A DNA stretch of 61,569 nucleotides, counting the filler. It is 5 parts of 5 records of this genome, joined end to end, with 100 filler letters (N's around TTAATTAATTAA, not from the genome) between each part and the next. Parts side by side here need not be neighbours in the genome. Positions count along the whole stretch, not along the records: positions 1 to 20,102 come from DRR378314_5; positions 20,203 to 26,335 come from DRR378314_7; 3 more parts are not named here. One strand, 5' to 3'. Below, piece by piece: positions 12,549 through 24,600 of this stretch. A program made the position numbers and the translations under genes. The notes beneath the pieces are model-generated. The model was not told the DNA's origin and made no database searches. It saw only the letters and a program-made list of their open reading frames with translations. Each line of letters opens with the position of its first letter. Position 1 is the first letter of the stretch.

Positions 12549-13928
12549 TTCCGCGTCCTCAGGGATTCACCAGGATTACTGCCACGTGTTGATACAATTG
12601 CGCTTACAAACGCGAAAGGCCAAGTTGTGGGCAATGCCTGTGCGGCGAAGAAAGATTTTTGAGTACCCCAAGAGCGCTTGCTGTGAGCGTTGTCGGCGCA
12701 CCTACCACTTGCCTTGTGCGAGGAAAGCAGAGGGAAGGCACTCTTGCCCTGTCGCAAGAAGATATCGGCACTATGCGCAGTGCCTTTGCCATGTCGGCAC
12801 CGGCGCGGGCGTGCGCTCGCGCTCCGGCGTGCGGGCCCGGCGAAGGGAAAGGGCGGGCACTTGGGGCGTTGCCGGTGCAAATTTCCAGGGTGCCCTGCTG
12901 TCGCAGCGAGCCCTGCGTGCTCGTTCGAAGTGTCCGTGGCACATACGCAACCTTTCTCTCCCCTTGCGCAGAGCAGCATATTTGTACTTCAGCACGTGTA
13001 TGGTGACAGTTTCTCTTCAATTGCGTAGTATAGAGATAGTGGGTCAGGGTGAAGGCGAGTGGGGCGCCAGTTCGCTGGGATTCCTGGAAAGCAAGCCGCC
13101 AGTCCTCCGAGAGTACTAAGTTTGCGTGAGCATACGTTGCCTACTGGCTCGCCTTCACAAAAACCAATCCCGGTGGCAGCATATCCTTAAAAGAAGCATT
13201 GCAGACAGATTATCCTTTACAAAGGATGCAGTCCTTTCGTGTTCGTAATGCGCGGCATTTCCGCACTCCTGTTTCACCCTGCGACACGACGTGAAGCATA
13301 TCCGCCACTCCTGGTCTCAGGTGCAGGACGACAAGCACGCAACAATCGACTACGATACGGAGAGCATGGTGCAATAGTCCTGTGTGTGTGCATACATTCA
13401 CGCTCCCCTGCGCAGATCTTTGTGCATTTCAAGATTTTGGCTTCTGTGCAGTGAACGAGAGCTACAGGGGGCCGTCGAGTCTGGCCATGCGAGGCACTTT
13501 CATCCTCGGATTCAGCGATTGCAAAGTGAGCTGCGCTTGGGCATAGTCAACCAAAGTGCAGCTATGCACACTGTTGAGCTCGAAAGGCGTCTGGGACTAG
13601 ACCGCCCATGTATTCACTGTTACTGCAGGGGATGAGAAGAATGAGCAAGGCGGCTGGCCAAGCACAACCTAGCGCTGCCACGCGAGTACGGTAGCGGGGT
13701 GGCCGCAAGAGTTCGCCAACTACTGCCAGGGCAGTCGAAGCAAGTGCGCTTCTCCCGTCCAGCGAGCATACCCGAAGGATGCAAATGGATAACGGGAAAC
13801 ACAAGGAAAAGGAAATAGTCCCCTCGTTCTCGGAGAGAAGGAACATGGGTGGGAGAGAGGGTTCCTTTCTTTCTACCGTTCACCTCTATGTCCGCAACGC
13901 GCGTGTTCACGGCCATGCACTGCCTGAT

Positions 13929-15875
13929 TTACACCTCTTGTTGCAGCGACGACAGCTCCTTTGCCGTCAACGCTTTTCCGTACATCTGGAAGTGCGACAG
14001 GAAGCCGTGCGAAGGCTCGTACCACGGATCGCTGAAGAACAGAGGCTGGTTCCCATATGCGCGCACATGGCCATGAAGCCGCCGCGAACACTTGAGTTTT
14101 CCATCGTAGTACACACTCAGAAGATCTGTATGCACGACAATCGCCACATTCGTCCACTGATTCTGTGACAGTTGTTCTTCCGGGTCGCAGCCGTCATTCC
14201 AGTTTCCAGTGGTGCCAATACGGACATGCAGACGCGTCGAGTGCCCGTAGTACTGCCACACGCTAGGTGCGCGAACGTGATCGTTGCTTCCAATGTGGAA
14301 GATGTTGGTCCATGTGTGGAAAGAACGGGTAGGCTTGTACCTGAACAAGATCGTATATACGGTTCGCGTCGCGATATCGGCCGTCTTTGTTCCTCTTCTC
14401 GTCAAGTGCAGCGCAGCGTTGTTCTTGTAAATCAGACCGTCATGGTCGTGCGACACGGTTTGTTTGACCTGTCCCTCTCGTAATGATTTGTCGTACATCC
14501 TGAACTCCCTTATGTGCCCTAGAGAAGAGTGGTACCACGGATCGCTGAAGAACAGAGGCTGCTTTCCGTAGGTGCGCACTTTCCCAGAGAACGTGCGACT
14601 GCACTTTCGTTCTCCACCGTAGTACACTTCCATAGACTCTGGACGCACAACAATGGCAACGTGTACCCACTGTCCTACAAGGAGATGACTACGGCTAGGA
14701 TTGCATCCATCGTCTGCATTCGTCGTCGTTCCAACGCGGATATGCAGCATTGGCCAGTGAGGCTGCTGCCACACTGCTGGCGCACGAATACTGTCACTGC
14801 TCCCGATGTGGAACACATTGGAGATAACACCTTCCAGTTTGCCCGGAACTCGGATTCTCGTATGCGTAGGCTTATACCAGAAAGTTATCGTGTATGCGCT
14901 GTACGTGTCCACGAGACCGGCATATCTGCCTTTTGTGACGCCAAAGGAGGGAACACCGTACTGAAAGACAGGCGACGGGGGGGTGTCGTCGAGGCACTTC
15001 TCGTGAGCTGTATCGCTGCTTTTCCCTGACGCGCATTTTTCGCATGAACTCTGACCTGTCTTCGGTTGCACTTTACCAGGATAACACTGCAAACACCTAT
15101 AGCTTCCCGTGGTATACGCAAAGTGCCCGCGCGCACAAGGCGTGCATGAAGAGGCGCCTTCCTTGAGGATAAACTTCCCAGCTTCACAAGGTTTGCAAGT
15201 TGAAGCTCCTTTCAACGCATACTTGCCGATTCCGCACGGCCGGCAGTCACGGCTGCCAGGACCCGCGAATTTTCCAGCCTCGCACGGCGCGCATTCTGCG
15301 GATCCGGTATTATAGGCAAATGAACCTCCAGGACACGTTTCGCAGCGCGTGCTGCCAGCGTTGGAAAACTTTCCGCGTGGGCACTCGCGGCAGTGGGTGT
15401 TTCCGCCACCGCCGTACTCGCCGTACGTGCCCGCTTTGCATTTGAGATAGCCTGCATGCGGGCCGCAGTACTCCTTGAGGCAGTCCCTGCATTTTCCTTT
15501 GTAGAAAAGTTCGCCTTTTTTGCAGGAGATAAACTGCGCGTCAGTGTCCTCTGTTGCGCCCAGACCGGGCATTTCTTCATCTGGAATATCCATACTCGAA
15601 CTGTCAGCATTGTCGGCGTCGCCGTCAAGTGCGTCATTCTCATTCAGCAGAAAAGTCAGGCTGTTCTCGTAAGGCTCTCCGTTGTCGCCCAGCGACCGGG
15701 CGCCATCGCCATTGCCGCTTTCCAAAAAGTCTGCGGCCACATCCTGCCCCTCGGCGAAGCGCGGGACTCGGCTGCTCCGGTCGGTTGCCGTTGCGCCATG
15801 AAGCACAAGGACAAATCCAAGCACGCAAAACCTGCGCGCGCCCGTCCAGAGAGACAAAGCACCCCGATCGCACAT
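13929..15875 (-). CDS. Secreted protein: signal peptide, acidic linker, GCC2/GCC3 (TNFR-like) Cys repeats, two LamG/concanavalin A-like domains; single exon
   Basis: 648-aa ORF from ATG 15875; FCVLGFVLVLHGATA signal-like segment; repeated CxxCxxGxF/Y units; two ~171-aa repeats with YTITFWYKP..GQWVHVAIVV..VYYGG..GHIREFRMYDKSL. Confidence 0.88.
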   Translation of the reverse strand: MCDRGALSLWTGARRFCVLGFVLVLHGATATDRSSRVPRFAEGQDVAADFLESGNGDGARSLGDNGEPYENSLTFLLNENDALDGDADNADSSSMDIPDEEMPGLGATEDTDAQFISCKKGELFYKGKCRDCLKEYCGPHAGYLKCKAGTYGEYGGGGNTHCRECPRGKFSNAGSTRCETCPGGSFAYNTGSAECAPCEAGKFAGPGSRDCRPCGIGKYALKGASTCKPCEAGKFILKEGASSCTPCARGHFAYTTGSYRCLQCYPGKVQPKTGQSSCEKCASGKSSDTAHEKCLDDTPPSPVFQYGVPSFGVTKGRYAGLVDTYSAYTITFWYKPTHTRIRVPGKLEGVISNVFHIGSSDSIRAPAVWQQPHWPMLHIRVGTTTNADDGCNPSRSHLLVGQWVHVAIVVRPESMEVYYGGERKCSRTFSGKVRTYGKQPLFFSDPWYHSSLGHIREFRMYDKSLREGQVKQTVSHDHDGLIYKNNAALHLTRRGTKTADIATRTVYTILFRYKPTRSFHTWTNIFHIGSNDHVRAPSVWQYYGHSTRLHVRIGTTGNWNDGCDPEEQLSQNQWTNVAIVVHTDLLSVYYDGKLKCSRRLHGHVRAYGNQPLFFSDPWYEPSHGFLSHFQMYGKALTAKELSSLQQEV

Positions 15876-18338
15876 AGAGGTATTGTAAAAGAAAAAATAC
15901 TGTTTTGCCTTTGATGGTAGGCTGTGAGAAGCGCTCTGTAATGTTTTTCTCAATACCGTACAAACTTAAGTAGGGCGGCAAAATGCGCGAGACGGCGCCC
16001 CCGCCCTTGGGGTTGTCGAGACTGACCGAGAGAGCCCTGTGGGAGGGCCCCCAACGTGCGCGAGCACAACTTCCTTGGGTTTATGGAGCAGGGCGTCGTG
16101 GCATGACTTTTACTTGGCGTATCTCTATGCCCTTCCTCTTCACCCGGAAAAAAGGCACATATGGCATTCAGAAAACGTACAGTGTTGAAATACGCATGAT
16201 GACTGTCGAAGTCAGCTGCGCGGCAGGGTCGATCGTCGTTCTCAGAGACTCGGTCCGCTGCGAAAGCGGGCTTTTCCGAGGCAAAGAAGGCAGCGCCAGG
16301 ATATCCCCGTTGATCACCGAGGAGGCGACGGAATCGTCCGATTTGCGTGTACGTTGAAACCGTGCAATATCCTGTTGGCACACGGTCCAATAAGGGAGGT
16401 CTGTCCTAGTGCGCCATTGGGGAGGTGGAGCCGCCCCATTTTCCCGCGCACGAACCAATTTCGTGGCATTTCATCCAGTTGTTTTTTGCAATGTGAGCCG
16501 GAAGCAACGTTCAACGAAGCGAACAGAGCAGAGAGGTTCATCGCGTGGCTTCTCTCCGCCAGATCCATTTTTCCCACGTGCAAGCTGAAGCCGCCTGCCC
16601 CCCCCGCGCGTGCGCACGGCAACGTTATTTCATTCCACTAACCAGCTCAGACACGAATTATTGTCATTAGCCGCTGATTTTGGTGGCGGCAGTGTACTCG
16701 GCAGAAGGGTTCGGTAACTGGGACACGAGCAGCATCGAGGAGCGCACTTGGACCCGGGACACTGTGCATCTGGCTTCATATTTGCTGAACCCGGTTGCGT
16801 TGCCTCGTCACACCACGGAAAAGCCCGGCAGCTACCGCACTGTACAGACTCAGAACATGTCCTCTCGCTCGCTCCCTTTCCATTGTGTGACACGTCAATA
16901 CTCTACAGAAACATTCCTCTCCCGCTAGAAACAGCCCTTTGCATGGCGTGGTTTGTGGTCGCTTTTCCCAGCGCCCGGTTGGGCGCGCCGTTGAGGGAAA
17001 CGGTGAAGTGAGCGGGGGGAGTGAAACCTTCCTTCGTGGGCGCGCGCTTCTTTGCTCTCGCAAATCTAAGCAACCCTAGCTGCATTGGAAAAAAAAAAGC
17101 GCGCGCTTTCTCGGCAGGGATCATCCTGCGCTTTTCCAGTGCATTCCAGGAACTGGTACGTGAGATTCTAGGCTGCCTTTTTTTGTCGCTCGCAGCCGCC
17201 GTAGGAGGACAAACGTGACAGGGAGAATTAAAAGTTGTTGCACCGGCATGCTGAGAGTAATAGCGCTTGCCTTTCCGTGCCATAAAAGTTTCCGTTGCTT
17301 GGGCCTTTGCTCTGCTGCACGGAAAGGTGTGCCGGTGGTGTGGAATGCTTCGTCGCGCCTCGCCCTCTCCCGTGCTCGCAGCCGGGCGGGCACGCCGGCC
17401 GCATTCCCAATCCGGACGGCCCGCCCAGCCGTTTTGGTGCAGCACGTTCCCTGTGCTTTCGTAAGCTCTTGGTAACCATGTCTCGAATGGGCGATGTATT
17501 TATTTGTCGGTAGGAATCCGCTGTACGTGCGGCGTGGGGATGCTGTGTGTTTTCCCTTGCGATATGCGGGTTGAGGCGACGCTTTCTGACCATAGCCGCA
17601 TGTGTGCATGTCAACACCAGCTTGCGCACGACCGCGTGCACAACGGCGGCCCCTGTCCGCGAGCTGGGCACGCATCTATTTATTTCGGCCCTGCGTTATG
17701 TATCCTCCGCCGTGACTACCCTTTTGGAGCTTTCTGTGTAAATAATAACGTTATTACACTCGTAGAACGGTGATTTGTGTCGCAGCAGATCTTCAAGAGA
17801 GTTTTACGTGCTTTCAGTGCGGAGCGGTGCCGTCCGCAGCGCTTCGAAGGGCGATAGCGTGCTGGCGCCCCCCTGGTTCGCGCGCCTGCTGCTTGCACGC
17901 GCCGCGCAGCTTCTCCTTGTCAAGCGCGCAGGTTGCGCGGTTTCTTCCCTAAGCTTAGCGTTGGACAGGGAATCCACAGGATCATGTGGTTATAGTCACG
18001 CAAAATAAGCAAGAGTTTGCGCTCGAGAGGAAAGTGCGTGCGCGTTAGTGTGGTCGGGATCGCGTACTGGCAGTCTCACAACCCGCCCGCAGCCAACGCT
18101 CGCGCCGCGGTGCGCGCGCAGCGCACGCTCCCGACTGACCTGGCTCCTGTGCGCTTCGCGACGGCGCGGAAACGAACGCGTGCTGGCCTCGCCGCGGCTG
18201 CTGCAGACTCTCAACGATTGTCGCAACATACCTGGAAGAAGACAGCCATCGATTCATCTCATTTGGGGATCCGAGTCGACTTCAATTCGTGGTTGCTGTT
18301 GATTCAAGTTCTTTGGAGTGGTTCGACGTGTTGGCACG

Positions 18339-20031
18339 ATGCTGTCCTTTCGAACGAGCGCCTTGCTCGTGTCCATCTTCTGTGCGCTTGCCGCGCTTCC
18401 CCACGCGTCTGCCGCGAGCTCCTTCGACGAGCTTGGCATTGCGCAGCTGGTGAGCGGTACCCAAGATGACGCGGAACCTTCCTACGATCACCAAACGAAA
18501 ACGTACATCGCAGACCATGTACCGGCGAATGTGACGGACGCCGACTTTAACCTGACGCCGTTCTTCTCACCTGACCACTCCACGGACTCGCTGACGAAGC
18601 TTGTGCAGGTGCGTCGTGCGCGCCGGGTGGCCTCTTGCCGCCTCAGCGGTTTACTTTCCCTATACAACCAGGATCTCAATCGCGTTGCTATTCATGTGGT
18701 ATTGCAAGAAATCAGTTTGCAGTTCTGTGCTGCTATTGCGTGGCGATGAATTTGCGCTTGGTGTCGTAGTATGGGCGAGGCCTCGGGGGCGGTTGGTTGC
18801 TGCACTGCGAGTGCTCGCACGGTAGAACGGCGCCGCTTGCCGCGTCGTGTGCCGCAGCAGCCGGCAGCGCGGGCCGCTGAATACCTCGATGGCACGCGAT
18901 ATGTACCTGTGGACCACTTTGCCGATGCGTTGGGAAGATTGGAGCGCATGGTTGATATCTCCTTTCGCCCGTGCTTGGCGCGGCGCAAGTGGGGCGTTTT
19001 GTGCTACACCCTGGCAACTCTGTTGCGGCGAGTGGCGTTCTCACCAGTGTGTAGCTTGGCGCCTGTGCGCTGCTGCTGTTGCATTCGCTTTCCACAGAGC
19101 GCAAAAGAGACGATCGACATCGCCACTCCCGGATGGTCGTCCTGGGGAACGTGCACGCGATGGAAATCACAGTCTTGCGTCGGATGCCTTGTCAAAGAGA
19201 TGGCAAACGAGACTTTTCCGATTTTCAATGCTGTGTTGAATGCTGTGCATCAGCGAAATGTCAAAGTACGCGTGCTGACGAACAACTACAACGAGCCGTC
19301 TTGCCCCGGCCGTATTGCGCCGCTCGAGTTCCTGTCCCTCAACGGAGTGGAGGTTCGGTACTTTAGCACCGTCACGTTCATGCACGCAAAGTTTATCATG
19401 ATCGATGGGAAGAAGGTGTCGATCTCGTCCGTGAACTTCAGCAAGACCTCCTTTACGCTGAACCGCGAGGCTGGCATGATTATCGACGGAAGCAGTGCGG
19501 AGCCTCTTGTTGCGATGGTGACCAGTGTGTTTGAGAGCGATTACGCACAGGGCACGCCTTTTGAGCCAAGCCAAAAGTACAACCAGACGGACATGGGCAT
19601 GATTCTTGATCCTAGTGAGCGCAGCGTCGACCTCCCGGGTCCGTTCCCGAACCCAGACGCATACGTGTCACCACTCACGACTGTTGGTGGCTCCAAGTCG
19701 TTTGTCGAAGTCTTTGCATCCCCGGACAGTGCATACGATCAGCTTTTGGCGGATCTAGACAATGTAAAGTCGTCCTTCCATCTCCACATTTACCAAGTTA
19801 CCGATGATGATCTTTGCGATAAGCTTCTCGATCTGCACAACCAAAAGGGCATCGACTTCAAGCTCCTTGTGTCCGCCCACATTTACGATACCGCCGACTG
19901 GAAGCTTGCGCAGGCATGCTACAAACGCCTTTACAATGCCGGTGTCAGTATCCGCGCCACGCCTGATTACTACCGCTACAGCCATCAGAAGTACTACGTT
20001 CGCGATGGAGATGTCGTATTCATGAGCACAG
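18339..20031 (+). CDS. Secreted/luminal phospholipase D-superfamily enzyme with two HKD motifs; exons 18339-18608, 19098-20031; 3' end lost at spacer
   Basis: Signal peptide MLSFRTSALLVSIFCALAALPHASA; FFSPD..SAKETIDI; HAKFIMIDG..SSVNFS..NREAG; HQKYYVRDG..STG followed by a GTGCGC donor. Confidence 0.9.
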
Positions 20032-20102
20032 GTGCGCGGCCCGGGCTGAACATGCGCCCCTCTCCTACTGCATGTTGCACCGTGAGACACATGCAATGCC
20101 CT

Positions 20103-20202
20103 NNNNNNNNNNNNNNNNNNNNNNNNNNNNNNNNNNNNNNNNNNNNTTAATTAATTAANNNNNNNNNNNNNNNNNNNNNNNNNNNNNNNNNNNNNNNNNN
20201 NN
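20103..20202. other. Artificial contig spacer (44N-TTAATTAATTAA-44N)
   Basis: Six-frame stop cassette flanked by Ns, identical at four places. Confidence 0.97.
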
Positions 20203-20226
20203 CTCTCTCTCTCTCTCTCTCTCTCT
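20203..20226 (+). repeat. (CT)n microsatellite leading into a pyrimidine-rich tract at a contig end
   Basis: ctctct... run followed by CT-rich low-complexity sequence to ~20410. Confidence 0.85.
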
Positions 20227-20518
20227 GGCCTTTCTCTCTGCTCATTCTTTGCTCTTTCTCTCTCTACTTTCTCTACCATTTCTCTGATCCTTTCTTTGCA
20301 CTCTCTCATTTATCTCTCTCCCTCTGCTTTCTCTTCCTTCATTTTCGCTTTCTGCTCTCGCTTTATCTTCTCCCTCTCCGCTCTCCCGTTCGCCTCAGCT
20401 TCCTCCCTCGCAACACCAAGTCTAGGAACCGACTCCATATACAACCGTTACCAGCTCCATCAACCGACGTCAACTCTACAAGGCACAAAGCACAGAAACT
20501 CTGCTCCGTCCAACGTAC

Positions 20519-21682
20519 GCAAGAGCCTTTGCACTGAAAAGCGTTTTCAACAGTGGCGCTTGGAGACGTTATCCAGCAATCCAGACCCGTCGGACCGTAT
20601 TCGTCCGTTGCAAGCGGTGGAATGGAAAGCGCTACACTCGCGCAAAATATGTACAAGTACTGCCGACCCGTTACAGGAAACTCCTTCTTGTGAAGCAGCC
20701 TACAAGAAAGGATAACCACAGAAAGGGCGATAAAACAGTGAGAACGCGACAAAGATTGACCAAGACCGAAAGGAGAACAAGTAAGTTATACGATGAGGGT
20801 GATGCATAAGATAGGTATATATTTCACCATGGGTGACAATGTTGCTTAAACAATTCTCTCAGCACGAAAATCCTCCGACAAGGAGCCAAAAGAAGAGATT
20901 GTGCGGAAAACAACAATCAAATATGTCGTCTAAATCGCGTTCATGTGGATACGCAAAAACAAAGGGTCTGAACGCGAAAGAAAAAGTTGATGTCGTCGGT
21001 TTCGCTCCCACAACGATTGATCTCACCTCGAGTGCAGCATAATGGTATACAAAGCGATTAATCCGCCAACATTAAGAAAGGCAGTGTTGAGAAGAAACCC
21101 TGGATAAAAATATAGAAACAAAAGGGCGAAATCCATCTTAGTAACGGAAGACAAAGCGGAAGTAAGGGGAACGGAACACCGAAACGGAAAATCCGATCCA
21201 GACTTCTCTCTCGGAGACGGAACAGACGGCGATTGAGATCTACATACCCAAACAGATGCAAAACACGACTCTTCTTCAACCAAACTGATGACAAAGCAAA
21301 TACCGGAAGAAAAAGTATATCTCTTCACCATTGCCAGAGGTGTAGTAACCTCAATGTCCATGTACTATCGACTACTTTTGTATCTCTTTGTGATTCTTTT
21401 TTTTTTTCGCTTTTTTGGATCTTACTGACACTTCAGTCACATAACAGAAGAGAGAATATTAGCTCTTGCTTCCCTCATATGTCGTTTCTGGAGCACAATT
21501 GGCGTCAGTATAGTCTTTCGGGTATTTCTTTCGCAGTACCTTCTACGCGACAGAGTTCTCGTTCCGGTAGCGTTGCGGGATGATTCAAAAAGGCAGTTCC
21601 GCGCAGAATGATCAGAATTACAGCGAGAACGTCCCATATGGACAACACAAAGAGTACGCGAAAGAGGGGATTCTGCGAGAGT
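20519..21682 (-). CDS. Partial 7TM GPCR of the cAMP-receptor-like/GCR1 type (TM2-TM4/ECL2); exons 21682-21540, 21099-21027, 20699-20519
   Basis: In-phase splice: LSQNPLFRVLFVLSIWDVLAVILIILRG..ELCRVEG|FLLNTAFLNVGGLIALYTIMLHSR|LLHKK..YLYIFCASVALSIPPLATDEYGPTGLDCWI; Cys before TM3 and YGxxGxxCWI motif. Confidence 0.78.
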
Positions 21683-24600
21683 CTGGAAGAGGAAAAGTCG
21701 GAGAAACGCAGAAGCAGCAGAGCGAATGAGAAACTGCGTCGAAACAGCTTGATCGATAGTGGTATTGTATCAAGAACGACTTCCCTTTTTAGCTCCAATG
21801 GACAGAACGAACTGGACAAAGAGAAACGATTGACATATAGAGAGATAAGCATGCTGAACAGGCAAAAATCAGAACATGTTGGACTCGGGAATTTTGCAAT
21901 TGCCTTTGTGTTTGTGGAAATTCGTGTTCAGTTTGGCATTTGAGAATCCTCGAGGTAACTACATACGAGAATCGCGGGAGCTTGAGAAAAAAAAAACCGC
22001 AGATATCATCGCTTTTCACTTCTCTGACTACATAATCGATGATAAACCACAGCAAATCACGAATCAGGCGGATGGAGGCGACATGAAAGGCACAAAAACG
22101 CACCTCAGCTCTCTACGAAATACACTCAGGGTGAACAAAACCAGAGCTGATCCGCATAACGATAGGGATGAGCTTGTCAGTCCTATCCGAACGATATCCT
22201 GCAGAATTGGTCAAAGGGGAGGAACAGAGGAAAGTCAGGGACGTCAGATAGTCCATTGTTGTGCGAACTACTTTCCTTTTGCAACATCTACTCTCTTGCG
22301 CTTGTACCATTCGATCCGAAATATGAGGAAACGAATAGCACAGTGGAAATGCTCAAGGAAGACCAAAGGATGATGTAAGAGAAGATGTACTTCATTCTCT
22401 GTCCAAGATTTCCGTGCACGTTTACTCGCATATTGTTCGAAAGAATACGATAAAGATATATGCAATTTTATTGGTTTGGGAAGGATAAAAGGGAAATGTA
22501 AGAGCAGCACAACGATTCCACGACGCTGTGAGACAACCAGACGCTATCGCGCTACTTCAACTAATTGTGGAGAAAAGTGCAAGAAACAAGGAACTCTCTG
22601 ACACGGAACCAAAGCAACGGCATTAAGTGGGCCCATACCAGCTACATTCATAGAATTTTTACAAGGCACGTATGATATGGCTGGCTGAGCGGAGTGCATC
22701 ATCAGAACCATAATGCAGCGACTAGAAGGAAAGGGAAAAGCGACGACAGAAGAACCACGAAGAAAAAAACAAACAAACAGGAGAGACTCGTCTTCCACAG
22801 CACGTTCTTCCTGTTCTCGCCAAAGAGCGAAACCAGTCAATCCTGTGGAAATCTCTTCCCCTTTCCATGACATCTTTAATCAAATTATATGATTCTATCC
22901 GCACAGAATACCAAGAGGTGCGTTTCCGCTGTTCTTCATCGCAATTACAACGCCAGAAAAGAAAGAGAAAACGTGTAGACGTTGCGCATGCTGAGCACAG
23001 CGCAACACCACGAAAAGGGCTGAAGTGCTCTTCTACCAGGGAGAACACGGACAGTGCGCGCGCCGCACTCCTCCACACCCCGCGACTCTTTCTCTCGCTT
23101 CAACTACCGCCGTGCGATGTTGCTTATGGAAGCACATTGCTGTATGTACCGGTTCGTGATTGAATGGCATTGCGGTACGGTGGAGCGTGTTTTGCTTCTC
23201 GCCGTGTACGCGCTGAGCGCGAGACGCCACACGTAACCGAACCACTCCCGCCGCGCACACGCAAAGGAAAAGCAATGCAAAGCACGCGGTGACCCTCTTC
23301 ACCATCCTCTTCCCAATACGCTGCACATGAGCAGAGAAGCAGACGTACAAAGTCCTGCTGGACTCCGATGACGAGCGCCACCGCAATCATCGCGAAAGCG
23401 GCGTTGGTAGCAGCGCGAGAAAGCAAGAGCAGGAGAGAGCGCTGTGTAGTAACCCGAATTGTAACCGAACTAAGTTTTGTGAAATTGCAAAACACAGCTT
23501 CTCCTTTCGATGCGGCAACGACGAGTCTCGAACCTCTTCGCCAATTCCCCCTCCCAAGCAGCTTCGCACTTGCTGCTCTCCGTAGACAAGAGACTTGCAG
23601 TGGTGATAAGCTTTGGATGGAGAGCCGTGTCGCCTAGGTACTTTTTTCCGCAAAAGTGACGGGGGTCTATGCGAGCGCGGCTGAGCCACCTGGCCTGGGT
23701 TCCATCTTCAGTCGCAGTGCGAGATTCATCGTAGGTGCTAGCACGGCGCTCGTGTGTTCCACCGACGGACGAGCCAAGGCAGAAAGGATACACGAGCGGA
23801 CTCATTCCAACTCTCTCCACGCGTTAGCGATTCGTATCTTGCGTTAAACGGTGCGTTGCGTGTACTGTATGCATTCTTTGAGCGGAAGGAATGCCCTTGC
23901 CGTTACGTACTAGTCGCGGCCCCGCTCCTCTTTCCCTCAGCTGCTCAGCGATACATTGTTTCCAACACGCCACAACCCGCCCCATGCACAGCCATCTTAA
24001 CCCTAACACACCTTGAACAAGGAATGAGGAAGGTGTATCCATCATCATCTAATGTGATTAGGAATATATTTTGGTGGTCCCAACTTGCACAAGAAAGGAG
24101 AAAGATGGAGACCGTGATGGCGAGCCCGTTTCCGTTCTCTGTCCCCCGCTCTTTGCGCGACAGGTGCTGGAAAACGCTACAGAGCTCCGATTTCCGGGTG
24201 CAAATGAGCATGCGTAAACCACCAACGCACATGAACCGCTGTATTCATGAAATATCATTCCGCTGTCGAATGGTGGAGTGTCAAACGATCGAACAAGCGC
24301 TGTATGCACGCAATCTTTGCGCCGCTAGTCTGCCGTTCCCGTCATTCTGCAGTTTTGGCACGGTGCAGTATCTGGGCTGTCTTCGCGACCAAACGAATTC
24401 TTCGCATATGCGACATTTTGATACGCATTGCCCTCGACTCCGCGGATTACATACACGCATTCAATGCTTCTGTACGTGTATAGCCAGCCTTTCCATGACA
24501 TATACGTGCGTGCAGTACCTTCCTGTGTACGATTTATCTGGCTTCTCTCAGCCATTCGCCCAGATGTGAACTGCGCAAGCGACCAGAGTGCCGTTTTGAC

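Noticed and set aside
20147-20158. TTAATTAATTAA as a biological repeat or piggyBac-type TTAA target site
   Set aside because: Always centred between two 44-N runs; a synthetic six-frame stop linker
22280-22990. KRKRVDVA peptide appearing in opposite-strand ORFs (possible inverted repeat)
   Set aside because: Nucleotide match is short and imperfect in purine-biased sequence
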